Shown here: positions 11,214 through 21,377 of the stretch, piece by piece | Layout: the number at the start of each line of letters is the position of its first letter | How positions within the stretch are numbered: position 1 is the stretch's first letter | Assembly (NCBI GenBank): GCA_030742755.1 | Contig: JASLTU010000004.1 | Span: 912 to 64,911, forward strand | DNA from: Acidimicrobiales bacterium | GTDB lineage: Bacteria; Actinomycetota; Acidimicrobiia; Acidimicrobiales; MedAcidi-G1 | Direction: 5' to 3' | Length of the DNA stretch: 64,000 nt | Translations under genes and position numbers: made by a program | The notes under the pieces: model-generated | Database searches by the model: none | What the model was told of the DNA's origin: nothing | The model's input: the letters and a program-made list of their open reading frames with translations, nothing else

Positions 11214-13493
11214 GTGGCTGAACTTTTTTCAAGCACAGAAGAGAATGCAGAACCTAATCTCAAATTAAACCCTGCCCAAAATGAAGCTGTTACCCATGGT
11301 AATGGACCTCTTCTTGTAGTTGCAGGGGCTGGATCAGGAAAAACAAGAGTACTGACAAGCAGAATCGCTTACCTGATTAATGAAAAAGGGATCTCACCAT
11401 TTGAAATTCTGGCAATCACTTTTACAAATAAAGCTGCAGAGGAAATGAGACACAGAGTAGTAGAACTCGTAGGATCTGTGGCGCATAAGATGTGGGTTTC
11501 AACTTTTCATTCAGCGTGTGTTCGAATTCTGCGACAGTCAGCGGATGAAATTGGATTTTCGCAAAATTTCACAATTTACGATCAAGGCGATGCTGCTCGT
11601 TTAATGGGCCATGTAATAAAAGATTTGAATTTTGATTTAAAAAGATTTCCTCCTCGCGCTTTACTGTCAAAAATTTCAGCTTTGAAGAATGAAGGAATAA
11701 ATCCTAATGATTATTTAGACAGCGCAGAGAATCCTTATGATCAGAAGGTCAGCCAAATCTTTGTTGAATACCAATCAAGGCTTAAGAGAGCAAGTGCAAT
11801 GGACTTTGACGACTTGTTGCTTAACACAGTGGTTCTTTTTAGAAAAAACAAGTCAATCTTGGAGCAATGGCAAAACCGTTTCAAGCATGTTCTTGTTGAT
11901 GAGTATCAAGACACAAACCTGATTCAAAACGAACTTGTTTCTCTCTTGGCATCCGAACATCGAAATATTTGTGTAGTAGGGGACAGTGATCAATCGATAT
12001 ATCAGTTCAGAGGAGCAGATGTAAGAAATATTCTGAATTTTGAAAAGGTTTTTCCTGACGCGACAGTAATCGTTTTAGATCAGAACTACAGGTCAACTCA
12101 GACAATCCTTGATGCGGCAAATGAAGTGATAAGTAGAAATTCTGGCCGCCAACCAAAGGATCTTTGGACAGAAGAAGGTGAGGGTGAATCGATTGTTTTA
12201 TATCAAGCCAGCAACGAGGACGATGAGGCTAACTGGGTTGCAGAAAAGATTATTTCTTATAACAGAGCAGGTTATTCAGGACTATCTGATACGGCGATTT
12301 TTTATCGCACAAATGCCCAAAGCCGAGCTGTCGAAGAGCAGCTAAATAGATTAGGTGTGGCTTATCGCGTTGTTGGAGGCACACGATTTTATGACCGACG
12401 TGAAGTACGTGATGCACTTGCATATTTACGGTTGGCAGTAAATCCTTTAGATGAAGTTGCGCTTAGACGTGTGATTAATGTTCCTAAACGTGGAGTGGGT
12501 GACACTTCTTTAGGGAAAATTGAAGCTTGGGCAGAAAAAAATCAAATTGATTTATTTCTTGCACTCTTTGAAGCCTCTGAAGCAGGAGTATCAGGTAAAG
12601 CACTGAAAGGAATTGAGTCTTTTTTAAATTTGATCGAAGAGTCACAATCTCGGCTGGATCTTGGGCCTGCAGACATAATTGAGTTTTCTCTCGAAAATTC
12701 TGGCTATATAAGTGGTTTAGAGGAAGAGAGAACAATAGAAGCTGAAGGACGCTTAGAGAACTTGTCAGAACTAGTTGGTGCCGCATCTGAATTTTTGGAT
12801 ATTTCTCAATTCTTAGAACGAGTTGGTTTGGTCGCAGATACTGATGATATCCCAAATGAGAATTCTGATTTAGGTGACGGAGAAGTCTTATTAATGACAC
12901 TCCATGCTGCTAAGGGGCTTGAATTTCCAGTTGTTTTCTTGCTTGGCATGGAGGAAGGCATTTTCCCACACGTTCGAGCTTTGGGGGATCCTGACCAAAT
13001 GGAAGAAGAGCGAAGGTTAGCTTATGTAGGTATTACGAGGGCGAGAAGAGTTCTTCATCTTTGCAATGCTTGGAGTCGAATGTTGCATGGCCAGACTCAA
13101 TACAATCCACCAAGTAGATTTTTAGAAGACATCCCTGAAGGTTTGTTACAACGTGAAGGATCTCAAAGAAGTAATAGAAGCCTAAGAGATTCATCTAGCA
13201 GTTATTCAGATATAGAAGACTGGGATTTTATATCTACAGATCAATTTTCTTCTGAAGAACCATCGGGACGGATTTTCGGTAAAGGTATGAACAAACCTGA
13301 AAATAATTCAAATTCGTCAGAAGCACATTTACTGGGTTTGCAACCTGGAGATGATGTTCTACATAAAGCTTGGGGTGAAGGTGTGGTTATGAGCGTGAGT
13401 GGGTCAGGCGATAGAGCTGAAGCGGTAGTTTCTTTTTCTTCTGTAGGAGAGAAACGTCTTTTATTGTCATGGGCACCTTTAGAAAGAGCTTAG
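11214..13493 (+). CDS. pcrA: ATP-dependent DNA helicase PcrA/UvrD
   Basis: AGAGSGKT, VDEYQDTN, QNYRST, MTLHAAKGLEF, EERRLAYVGITRA, C-terminal Tudor-like domain. Confidence 0.96.
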   Translation: MAELFSSTEENAEPNLKLNPAQNEAVTHGNGPLLVVAGAGSGKTRVLTSRIAYLINEKGISPFEILAITFTNKAAEEMRHRVVELVGSVAHKMWVSTFHSACVRILRQSADEIGFSQNFTIYDQGDAARLMGHVIKDLNFDLKRFPPRALLSKISALKNEGINPNDYLDSAENPYDQKVSQIFVEYQSRLKRASAMDFDDLLLNTVVLFRKNKSILEQWQNRFKHVLVDEYQDTNLIQNELVSLLASEHRNICVVGDSDQSIYQFRGADVRNILNFEKVFPDATVIVLDQNYRSTQTILDAANEVISRNSGRQPKDLWTEEGEGESIVLYQASNEDDEANWVAEKIISYNRAGYSGLSDTAIFYRTNAQSRAVEEQLNRLGVAYRVVGGTRFYDRREVRDALAYLRLAVNPLDEVALRRVINVPKRGVGDTSLGKIEAWAEKNQIDLFLALFEASEAGVSGKALKGIESFLNLIEESQSRLDLGPADIIEFSLENSGYISGLEEERTIEAEGRLENLSELVGAASEFLDISQFLERVGLVADTDDIPNENSDLGDGEVLLMTLHAAKGLEFPVVFLLGMEEGIFPHVRALGDPDQMEEERRLAYVGITRARRVLHLCNAWSRMLHGQTQYNPPSRFLEDIPEGLLQREGSQRSNRSLRDSSSSYSDIEDWDFISTDQFSSEEPSGRIFGKGMNKPENNSNSSEAHLLGLQPGDDVLHKAWGEGVVMSVSGSGDRAEAVVSFSSVGEKRLLLSWAPLERA

Positions 13494-13543
13494 AAATAGT
13501 TTTTTGTCTATTGTCTAAATGTCGATACTAATATTGCAGTTGC

Positions 13544-13616
13544 GCCCGTGTAGCTCAGTTGGCAGAGCGGTTCATTCGTAATGAACAGGTCCGGGGTTCA
13601 ATTCCCCGCGCGGGCT
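13544..13616 (+). tRNA. tRNA-Thr (anticodon CGT)
   Basis: Acceptor GCCCGTG/CGCGGGC, D-arm TAGCTCAGTTGGCAGAGC, anticodon arm GTTCA-TTCGTAA-TGAAC, T-loop TTCAATT; CCA not encoded. Confidence 0.95.
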
Positions 13617-13660
13617 CAAGAAAAGTGTCATCTTTTGTCAATTAACGTAAGATTTGTTCT

Positions 13661-13795
13661 ATGAATATTTTTGGTGGAGTAATTTGGCATTACTGGTTAG
13701 CAGTTCCCCTAGTAGTGGTTGGAGTTGTATCTTTAATCGCTGCTTTGATTGGCTATTTAGGAAAAGTTTCTTCTACGCGTTATCCCAAGCGTTAA
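13661..13795 (+). CDS. 44-aa single-pass membrane protein (not in the ORF track)
   Basis: MNIFGGVIWHYWLAVPLVVVGVVSLIAALIGYLGKVSSTRYPKR*; TAAGAT -10-like box 7 nt before ATG; fills the gap between tRNA and next gene. Confidence 0.7.
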   Translation: MNIFGGVIWHYWLAVPLVVVGVVSLIAALIGYLGKVSSTRYPKR

Positions 13796-13843
13796 TTTCC
13801 AGGAATTCCTTTGGGGCGTTATCAAACTAGTTCTGTAGACGGC

Positions 13844-14896
13844 ATGACAGTTGATTGGGGTCTAGCAGAAAAGGTAGCTAATCAAATAGCTAATAGGGCT
13901 CCTTTTAATGACGCTAGTTATCTAAAAGGATTGAATGAGTCTTTTAGTGGGTTTACTTCAAGTGCCGAAAAATTAGTAGAAGCTTCAACCGGTTTGAAAT
14001 CTTTTTCGGGTGAAGCAAAAGCAAAAGTTGTTGATAGAAGTGGTTGGATTCGAGCTAACTTTTCTTCTCTTAAGCGTTTATTAAAACCGATTTTGTCAGA
14101 AAGTCCTGAAACAAATAATTCTTCGATTTCTTCACGCATAGCAGCTTGTGAAATAGGTGCAGTTTTAGGTTGGATGTCAACACGGGTTTTAGGTCAATAC
14201 GATTTATTGGTTTTAGATAATGAAGATTCGGATGATCAAGATCTGGTCTATTACGTTGGACCAAATATCTGTGCAATCGAACGTCGTTATGCTTTTGATC
14301 CAGATGGTTTTCGTTTATGGTTGGCTATTCATGAGTTAACTCATAGAGCTCAATTCACTGGTGTGCCTTGGATGAGAGAACACTATTTATCGTTGGTAAA
14401 AAATCTTCTTCAGGAAGTTGAAATTGACACGAAAGAATCGACACAGAAAAATGATTCAAAATTAAAACTTCCAAATGATCCTACGTCTTCTCGATTGTCT
14501 GAATTCAAAATAACCAATTTATTTACATCGATGGAACAGAACGATTCGATTAATGATATCTCTGCTCTTATGACCCTTCTTGAAGGTCATGGAGATGTCA
14601 TTATGGGTAGAGCGGGGAAAGGTCATGTTAGAAATCAAGAAAGATTTGAAAAAGTAGTTACTCAAAGAAGAAAATCTGCCACTGGAGTTACAAAGATTTT
14701 TCAGAAACTTATTGGTATTGAAGCAAAATTGGCACAATACGAAGAAGGCGAAGAATTTATTTACGCTATTGAAAAATCCGAAGGAAGCGATTTTTTAAAC
14801 ATGGTTTGGGAACACCCTAACAATTTGCCAAAACTGGAGGAGATTAAAAATCCTTCTCTTTGGATTTCCAGAGTCAAGAAGGTTAATAATGAGTAG
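13844..14896 (+). CDS. Zincin-like metalloprotease (actinobacterial 'F420 biosynthesis-associated' family)
   Basis: HELTH..QF zinc motif, LLEGHGD, VLGQYD, K..QYEEG; typical position upstream of tilS-hpt; start placed at ATG 13844. Confidence 0.85.
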   Translation: MTVDWGLAEKVANQIANRAPFNDASYLKGLNESFSGFTSSAEKLVEASTGLKSFSGEAKAKVVDRSGWIRANFSSLKRLLKPILSESPETNNSSISSRIAACEIGAVLGWMSTRVLGQYDLLVLDNEDSDDQDLVYYVGPNICAIERRYAFDPDGFRLWLAIHELTHRAQFTGVPWMREHYLSLVKNLLQEVEIDTKESTQKNDSKLKLPNDPTSSRLSEFKITNLFTSMEQNDSINDISALMTLLEGHGDVIMGRAGKGHVRNQERFEKVVTQRRKSATGVTKIFQKLIGIEAKLAQYEEGEEFIYAIEKSEGSDFLNMVWEHPNNLPKLEEIKNPSLWISRVKKVNNE

Positions 14897-15785
14897 TGAT
14901 TTGCTTTCTGAGCTTCAGTCTCGTTGCATTTTTCCACCAACTGGAACCGAAGTTGACTGTGCTGTATCGGGTGGGGCGGATTCGTTGGCTTTACTTTTAC
15001 TAGCGGTTAATGCTGGTTTAAAAGTAACGGTATGGCATGTAGACCATGGGCTTAGAGAAACTTCAAGTGATGAAGGAAAAATGGTATTTGAAGTGGCAAG
15101 TAATTTAGGTGCTAAAGCTAATTGTCTAAAAGCATTTGTAGAAGATGGTCCAAATTTGGAAGCTCGAGCTCGTGACGCTAGAAGAGATGTCCTTCCCTCA
15201 CAAATTCTTACAGGTCATACAGCAGATGATCAGGCCGAAACTGTAATTTTGAATTTACTAAGGGGTTCTGGGGTGCAAGGCACTTCAGGGATCGGTGATC
15301 CTCACAGAAGACCAATATTAGATTTACGCCGCTGTGAGACTAAGGAGCTTTGTCTCTCAGAGCGATTAGTTCCAGTAAACGATCCTATGAATTTTGATCC
15401 TAGATTTACTCGTAACAGGATTCGCAATGAGGTGATTCCATTGTTAGCTGAAGTAACTGGGCGCGATCCTGTTCCATTATTAACTAGGCATGCAAATTTG
15501 GCTGGGGAAGCTTCTGGCATTCTGGCTAACTTGGTAAAGGATTTAGACATAACTGATGTGCGGTCAGTAGCTGATTTTCCTGATCCAGTTGTTAGATTTG
15601 CGATTCAAGGTTGGTTAACAGACAAACTTGGTTTGCCAGCAGATTCTTCTTCAGTCAATAGAGTTTTACAGATCGTAAGAGGAGAAATTAAAGGAACAGA
15701 AATTCCTGGTGGATTTCGAGTAGATCGGTCTCAAGGAAAAGTTAAATTTTCAGTTAATACAAAAATTTCTCGCGAAGCAGACTAG
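14889..15785 (+). CDS. tilS: tRNA(Ile)-lysidine synthase
   Basis: AVSGGADS PP-loop, HVDHGLR, GHTADDQAET, RNRIR. Confidence 0.95.
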   Translation: MSSDLLSELQSRCIFPPTGTEVDCAVSGGADSLALLLLAVNAGLKVTVWHVDHGLRETSSDEGKMVFEVASNLGAKANCLKAFVEDGPNLEARARDARRDVLPSQILTGHTADDQAETVILNLLRGSGVQGTSGIGDPHRRPILDLRRCETKELCLSERLVPVNDPMNFDPRFTRNRIRNEVIPLLAEVTGRDPVPLLTRHANLAGEASGILANLVKDLDITDVRSVADFPDPVVRFAIQGWLTDKLGLPADSSSVNRVLQIVRGEIKGTEIPGGFRVDRSQGKVKFSVNTKISREAD

Positions 15786-15822
15786 TTTTTTATCTAGCTA
15801 TTCAAAAGATAGGGTCCTATTA

Positions 15823-16374
15823 ATGAGTGAAGAGAACAAAGATGATATTCCAACACCTCAACATGTTTTAATAACTGCAGAGCAAGTCGCAGAGAAGGTT
15901 GATGAATTAGGAAAGCAAATTAGCCAAGATTATTCAGAAGAAGCACCTCTTCTGGTGGGTGTTTTAAAAGGCGCATTTGTCTTCATGAGTGACCTATCAA
16001 GAGCAATCGACTTGCCAATAGAGTTCGACTTTATGGCTGTTTCCTCGTACGGACATTCCACTACGTCATCTGGAGTAGTAAGAATTGTTAAAGATCTCGA
16101 TCTCGATTTAGCCGGCAGGCATGTTCTTTTAGTTGAGGACATAGTTGACAGTGGACTGACTCTCAATTTCTTACGAAAGAACCTTCTTGCAAGAAACCCT
16201 GCGAGTCTAGAGATTTGCGCACTTCTGGTACGGGAAGATTTTCAATTCGAAGAAGACACAATAAAATATGCAGGTTTTCAAGTACCGGCGGACTGGTTGG
16301 TCGGTTATGGATTGGATGTAGCGGAACGCTATAGAAATTTGCCTGATATTTGGGTAGCTAGTTCAGAGAGTTAA
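15823..16374 (+). CDS. hpt: Hypoxanthine phosphoribosyltransferase
   Basis: GVLKGA, VEDIVDSGLT PRPP loop, VGYGLD. Confidence 0.96.
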   Translation: MSEENKDDIPTPQHVLITAEQVAEKVDELGKQISQDYSEEAPLLVGVLKGAFVFMSDLSRAIDLPIEFDFMAVSSYGHSTTSSGVVRIVKDLDLDLAGRHVLLVEDIVDSGLTLNFLRKNLLARNPASLEICALLVREDFQFEEDTIKYAGFQVPADWLVGYGLDVAERYRNLPDIWVASSES

Positions 16375-16502
16375 TAATTTGCAGAAATTAAAATCGAACA
16401 ACTTGCGTTCTATAGTTTTTACTCCAGTAACCTCCGATCTGATGCAGTTACTTTTTTTAATACTATTTCGAAATTCATCTTCTATTAAGTCGAGGTTTAT
16501 TT

Positions 16503-17012
16503 ATGAGAGGTAAGTGGGCTCAAGGAATAGAACCTAGAAAATTTTATTGGGTCATCAAGGATTCTTTAGCTATTTGCGAAAGACCAGGAGGTTTTGGCGA
16601 AAGTCATAGAAGCGTTCGACGACAAGAAGAAGTTATTTGGATCAGGCAAAACAGCTTCGATGTGGTTGTATCGCTTTTAGCCAATGATGACAATATAAAG
16701 GCTTATGAAAGCCAAGGAGTTCGTTGGGTTCAGATGCCTTTTGGAGGAGCAGAGGAGGGTCTTACAAGATTGACAGCTTTGTTTACCCGTTTGAATTCTC
16801 TACTGGAAGATAATCCAAGAGTGTTGTTACATCGAGAAGAGTTGGGCGACCAAATTTGTGGTTTAATTGCGGCTTATCTTTTATGGCGTGAATTAGTTCC
16901 TACAGGACCACGTGCAATCGAAGTTGTTGAACAGCTTTTCGAAAAGCAAATAGGAAGTGATGGGCGAGAGATTGTTGAACTTATAGAGACTGAAAGTCAA
17001 AGTAATTCATAG
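16503..17012 (+). CDS. Hypothetical protein with tyrosine/dual-specificity phosphatase-like layout, no catalytic CX5R
   Basis: F.WVI...LA...RPG, VVSLL, VLLHREELGD then LIAAYLL. Confidence 0.55.
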   Translation: MRGKWAQGIEPRKFYWVIKDSLAICERPGGFGESHRSVRRQEEVIWIRQNSFDVVVSLLANDDNIKAYESQGVRWVQMPFGGAEEGLTRLTALFTRLNSLLEDNPRVLLHREELGDQICGLIAAYLLWRELVPTGPRAIEVVEQLFEKQIGSDGREIVELIETESQSNS

Positions 17013-17017
17013 TTTCC

Positions 17018-17875
17018 ATGGAGACAGTTACCTCAGTTAAAGATTTTCAGAATTTTTTAAGTGAAAGGCGAAGTCTAGGAGAGGAAATAGGTTTCGTGCC
17101 TACAATGGGCGCTCTTCACGAAGGACATACTTCTTTGATTGACACTTCGGTCAGACAGAAGAAAACTACTGTTGTATCAATTTTTGTAAATCCACTTCAA
17201 TTTTCTAACACAGAAGACTTAGATGATTACCCTTTAAGTTTGGAAAAAGATGAAGAGACTTGTTTAAGGCATAAAGTCGAGCTTCTTTTTTGTCCGACGC
17301 AAAGTGAGATTTATCCAAAAGGACTACCGGAACTTGAAGAGATTGGGGAAATCGGAAAAACCCTTGAAGGGGAGAGCAGGCCATCTCATTTTCAAGGCGT
17401 TGCAACAGTTGTCGCAAGACTTTTTGAAATTGTTGGTCCGACTAGCGCATATTTCGGAGAAAAAGATTTTCAACAGTTGATGGTTGTAAATGAGCTTGTG
17501 AAACGACATCAATTTCCAGTTGAAATTGTTGCCTGCCCAACTATCCGTCAAATTGATGGACTAGCTCTTTCAAGTCGAAATGTTTATTTGACAGAAGAGC
17601 AACGTGCAGATGCCCCTGTTCTCTACCGTGCCTTGATGGAGGGAGCGGAATCGGTTAGGTGCGGGGAGAAAAAATCTGAAAATTTAAAAAAATTAATAAG
17701 TGACATAGTGATAAACGAGTCAAAAGGTGATTTAGATTACGTAGGAGTTGTTGATTCTGAAACTTTCACTCAACTTGATTCAGTGCTCGAATCTGGGAAG
17801 CAGATCCGAATATTAATCGCATGTAATTTTGGAGCTGCTCGTTTAATAGACAATATTGGTGTTGTTATTCCTTAA
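17018..17875 (+). CDS. panC: Pantoate--beta-alanine ligase
   Basis: VPTMGALHEGH, FVNPLQF, FGEKDFQQ, GLALSSRN, RLIDN. Confidence 0.97.
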   Translation: METVTSVKDFQNFLSERRSLGEEIGFVPTMGALHEGHTSLIDTSVRQKKTTVVSIFVNPLQFSNTEDLDDYPLSLEKDEETCLRHKVELLFCPTQSEIYPKGLPELEEIGEIGKTLEGESRPSHFQGVATVVARLFEIVGPTSAYFGEKDFQQLMVVNELVKRHQFPVEIVACPTIRQIDGLALSSRNVYLTEEQRADAPVLYRALMEGAESVRCGEKKSENLKKLISDIVINESKGDLDYVGVVDSETFTQLDSVLESGKQIRILIACNFGAARLIDNIGVVIP

Positions 17876-18043
17876 AGTTAAAAGTCGACTGCTAGAACCC
17901 TCTTGAGGGACTACCCTTAAAATAGGTAGGTCTTTCATTCCATTAGAACTAATAGTTTTTAAAGTGAGAGTCAGCCAAGTGGTTTGTCTTACCTTTGTGT
18001 GAGACTAAATTTCTATAGAAAATCAATTTACGAAAGGAAAAGA

Positions 18044-18838
18044 ATGCTCTTAACCATTGATGTAGGAAACACTCAGACGGTTATAGGGCTTTATGAAAGT
18101 TCTGCATCAGCTAGTGAGGCCGATGCAGGTCTTGTGGATTTTTGGCGAATCGCTACCGACGATGATCGAACTTCTGACGAACATGCCGTAATTATTAGAG
18201 ATCTGGTTAGATCTTCTGGTTACAAAGACGAATTTGAGGGAATCGCAATTTGTTCAGGTGTTCCACGTGTATTAGCGAGCCTACGTGAGATGGTTGGTAG
18301 ATATATGGAACTCGAACCAGTTGTTATTGAACCTGGAGTCCGAACCGGAATGCCAATACTTTATGACAATCCTCGTGAGGTTGGGGCAGATCGTATCGCA
18401 AATGCTGTCGCCGCTTTTGACTTATATGGTGGCCCATCCGTAGTTGTTGATTTTGGAACTGGAAATAATTTCGACGTCATTTCTTTAGAAGGGGAATTTC
18501 TTGGCGGTGCAATAGCCCCCGGTATTGAAATAAGCCTTGATGCTCTTTTTGAACGAGCTGCTGCTTTAAGAGCTATCGAGTTAACTGAACCTCGAAGTGT
18601 TATTGGTAAAAGCACAGTCGAGTCGCTCCAATCAGGAGCTATTTATGGTTTCGCTTCGCAAGTAGATGGGATGATAGATCGATTTAGAGAAGAGCTAAAT
18701 GATTGCACGGTGATTGCTACCGGAGGTTTGGCGCATTTGATTGCTCCAGTAGCCACGTCAATTGACCATGTTGAACCATTTCTCACTTTGCATGGTCTAA
18801 GACTTGTATACGATCTAAATAGGGGTGATGATGGATAG
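18044..18838 (+). CDS. coaX: Type III pantothenate kinase
   Basis: LTIDVGNT, EVGADR, VVDFGT, GGAIAPG, ATGG; start at ATG 18044 after AAGGA. Confidence 0.95.
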   Translation: MLLTIDVGNTQTVIGLYESSASASEADAGLVDFWRIATDDDRTSDEHAVIIRDLVRSSGYKDEFEGIAICSGVPRVLASLREMVGRYMELEPVVIEPGVRTGMPILYDNPREVGADRIANAVAAFDLYGGPSVVVDFGTGNNFDVISLEGEFLGGAIAPGIEISLDALFERAAALRAIELTEPRSVIGKSTVESLQSGAIYGFASQVDGMIDRFREELNDCTVIATGGLAHLIAPVATSIDHVEPFLTLHGLRLVYDLNRGDDG

Positions 18839-20240
18839 AGAGATTCCTTTTCGTTTCGAAGTCACAAATTCAGCTTCTCAACTCCTTTCTGAACATTCAG
18901 ATTTGTCTGAAGGGGATAGTAGTGGAGTAACAGTTTCGGTGGCCGGAAGATTGATGTTACGCCGTGATCAAGGAAAAATAGTTTTTGGCGTTTTGCAAGA
19001 TTCAACTGATCGTATCCAGTTGTTCGCTTCTGAGAAAAATACTCCTGATTTTGAACTTTTTTCTAATCTGCACTTGGGTGATTGGTTGGGGGTAACAGGA
19101 GAAGTAATTAAAACAAAAAGGGGAGAGATTTCCGTTCGTGTTGATTCATGGATTCGTTTAGCTGAAGCAAAGCGCTCTTTCCCTGATAAATGGCACGGTA
19201 TATCTGATACTGATATTCGTTATAGGCAGAGGTATGTGGATCTTTGGGTTACAGAGCAGTCTCGTGAGACGTTTAGAACCAGAAGTCGTATTATTTCGTT
19301 AATTCGGAATTGGCTTGAGAACCGAGATTTCATGGAAGTGGAAACTCCGGTCTTTCATCCGATTCCAGGAGGAGCTGCAGCGCGTCCTTTTGAAACTCAT
19401 CACAATGCTTTAGATGTTGATTTATTTTTACGAATTGCACCTGAGTTGTATCTAAAGAGACTCGTCGTTGGTGGATTTGAAAAAGTTTTTGAAATGGCTC
19501 GCGTGTTTAGAAATGAAGGTATTTCTACGCGTCATAATCCAGAATTCACAATGCTTGAACTCTATGAAGCTTATGCAGACTATGAAGACATTATGAAGTT
19601 AGTAGAAGATTTGGTTTCGGAACTTGCTTTGGAAATTTGCGGTTCTACAGTAATTGAATATGACGGTCGTGAATTAGATCTTTCCACTCCTTGGGAAAGA
19701 TCTACCATGTTGGATCTTTTAAATGAGAAAATTCAAACCAATATCAGTTTGCAAACTCCAATAGAAGAATTAAGACAGCTTTGCGAAGACCTGTCGGTTC
19801 CATTTAAGGATCATTATGGGCCTGGAAAGTTGATTCTTGAACTTTACGAGAAGACGACTGAACCAGAGCTGTGGGGCCCAATATTTGTTACTGACTATCC
19901 CCAAGAGGTATCACCTCTATCAAGAACTCATAGGGACAACCCAGACTTGGTTGAGCGATTTGAAGCCATTGTTGCTGGTCGGGAGTTATGTAATGCATTT
20001 TCTGAAGTTGTTGACCCCGATGATCAGAGGTCGCGTTTTGCTGCTCAGGAGAAGAGTAGGGATGCTGGAGATGAAGAGGCAATGGTTATTGATGAGGATT
20101 ATTTGAGAGCTCTGGAATATGGGTTACCGCCAACAGGTGGACTTGGTATAGGAGTAGATCGCCTAGTTATGCTCCTCACCGACACTCAGGCGATTAGAGA
20201 CGTCATTCTTTTCCCAACTTTAAGACCCGAGCAGGATTAA
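18825..20240 (+). CDS. lysS: Lysine--tRNA ligase (class II)
   Basis: RYRQRYVDL, GGAAARPF, LRIAPELYLKRL, FRNEG...HNPEF, GLPPTGGLGIGVDRL; exact start among 18825/18828/18831 uncertain. Confidence 0.97.
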   Translation: MMMDREIPFRFEVTNSASQLLSEHSDLSEGDSSGVTVSVAGRLMLRRDQGKIVFGVLQDSTDRIQLFASEKNTPDFELFSNLHLGDWLGVTGEVIKTKRGEISVRVDSWIRLAEAKRSFPDKWHGISDTDIRYRQRYVDLWVTEQSRETFRTRSRIISLIRNWLENRDFMEVETPVFHPIPGGAAARPFETHHNALDVDLFLRIAPELYLKRLVVGGFEKVFEMARVFRNEGISTRHNPEFTMLELYEAYADYEDIMKLVEDLVSELALEICGSTVIEYDGRELDLSTPWERSTMLDLLNEKIQTNISLQTPIEELRQLCEDLSVPFKDHYGPGKLILELYEKTTEPELWGPIFVTDYPQEVSPLSRTHRDNPDLVERFEAIVAGRELCNAFSEVVDPDDQRSRFAAQEKSRDAGDEEAMVIDEDYLRALEYGLPPTGGLGIGVDRLVMLLTDTQAIRDVILFPTLRPEQD

Positions 20241-21254
20241 TTATTTTTTAAAACGGTTGACCTGATTTGCGAGAATAGTGCAAGTAGATTTCAGGATTTC
20301 TGCCGTTGGATTGTCTGGAAGGTCTTTTAAAGAATTTTGAGCTTCATATGTAAAATCTAGAGCGGTTTCTATCGTAGATTTTATAGATTCATCTGACCTA
20401 ACAATCATTAAGGCTTCATCTCTTTTATCACTACTAATGGGGTTACTTAATAGATTTTTTAAATCTTCACCATTCGGACCTTTAAGGGTTCTGATAACTG
20501 GGAGAGTGTAAACGCCTTCTAGCATGTCGTTACCTGAAGGTTTGCCGAGTTCTTTTTCACTTGCCATTACATCCAACAGGTCATCAACAATTTGAAATGC
20601 AATGCCATATAGATTTCCAAATGTTGTTACTGCCTTAACTACGTCTTCTGGGTACTTAGAGACAATCGCCCCAACTTTTGCTGAAGCTGAAAGAAGTGCA
20701 CCGGTTTTACCTGAGATAGAAGACATATATGCGTCTTCAGTTCTTGTGATGTCATATGCAGAATTAACTTCACGAATTTGACCTTCACAGAGTGCTGCAA
20801 TAGTAGAGGCGAGTAAGCCTGCGACTTCAGCTCCAAGTCCAGCAGCAATTTCAGAGGCTCTTGCCAATAAGTAGTCGCCCCCAAGAATTGCTTCGTGATT
20901 ACCCCATTCTTCATTTACACTTTTAACGTTTCTGCGAGTTTTAGCACCATCCATTACATCATCGTGATAAAGAGAACCTTGATGAACTAATTCGACTGCT
21001 ACACCACCAAGAATCACTTCTCGACTTGGAGGAACTGGCTTATCTTCAAGTATTTGAGAAGATGCAATAGCAAGACTTGGCCTGATTCGCTTGCCACCCG
21101 CATCAATAAGATGACGCGACAGTTTTGTAAGAAGAGGCTCATCAGCTTTAACAGCGATTCTTAATTCTTCTTCCACTCTTTCCAAGGCATTTTTAATACC
21201 TGGCAAGGTAAGGAGCGTGTAGGAGTCTTCGTCCACGTGCCGAGGATACGACAT
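20241..21254 (-). CDS. Polyprenyl diphosphate synthase (long-chain, hepta/octaprenyl type)
   Basis: GGKRIRP, HDDVMD...RR, GKTG, FQIVDDLLD, GKP.G.D. Confidence 0.92.
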   Translation of the reverse strand: MSYPRHVDEDSYTLLTLPGIKNALERVEEELRIAVKADEPLLTKLSRHLIDAGGKRIRPSLAIASSQILEDKPVPPSREVILGGVAVELVHQGSLYHDDVMDGAKTRRNVKSVNEEWGNHEAILGGDYLLARASEIAAGLGAEVAGLLASTIAALCEGQIREVNSAYDITRTEDAYMSSISGKTGALLSASAKVGAIVSKYPEDVVKAVTTFGNLYGIAFQIVDDLLDVMASEKELGKPSGNDMLEGVYTLPVIRTLKGPNGEDLKNLLSNPISSDKRDEALMIVRSDESIKSTIETALDFTYEAQNSLKDLPDNPTAEILKSTCTILANQVNRFKK

Positions 21255-21377
21255 TTTTACCCCATCTCGAAACTGTTAAAGAAAGGTTCTTCAAAATAGC
21301 TGTTTTCTTTATCGCTGGTACATTACAGAGATAGGTACAGTTAATATTTAATATTTTAGTTTTTGGGAGATTACCAG

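Noticed and set aside
13544-13800. tRNA-Thr genes as island integration sites (also 28869-28942)
   Set aside because: No integrase, no duplicated tRNA 3' end noticed, and flanking genes are core
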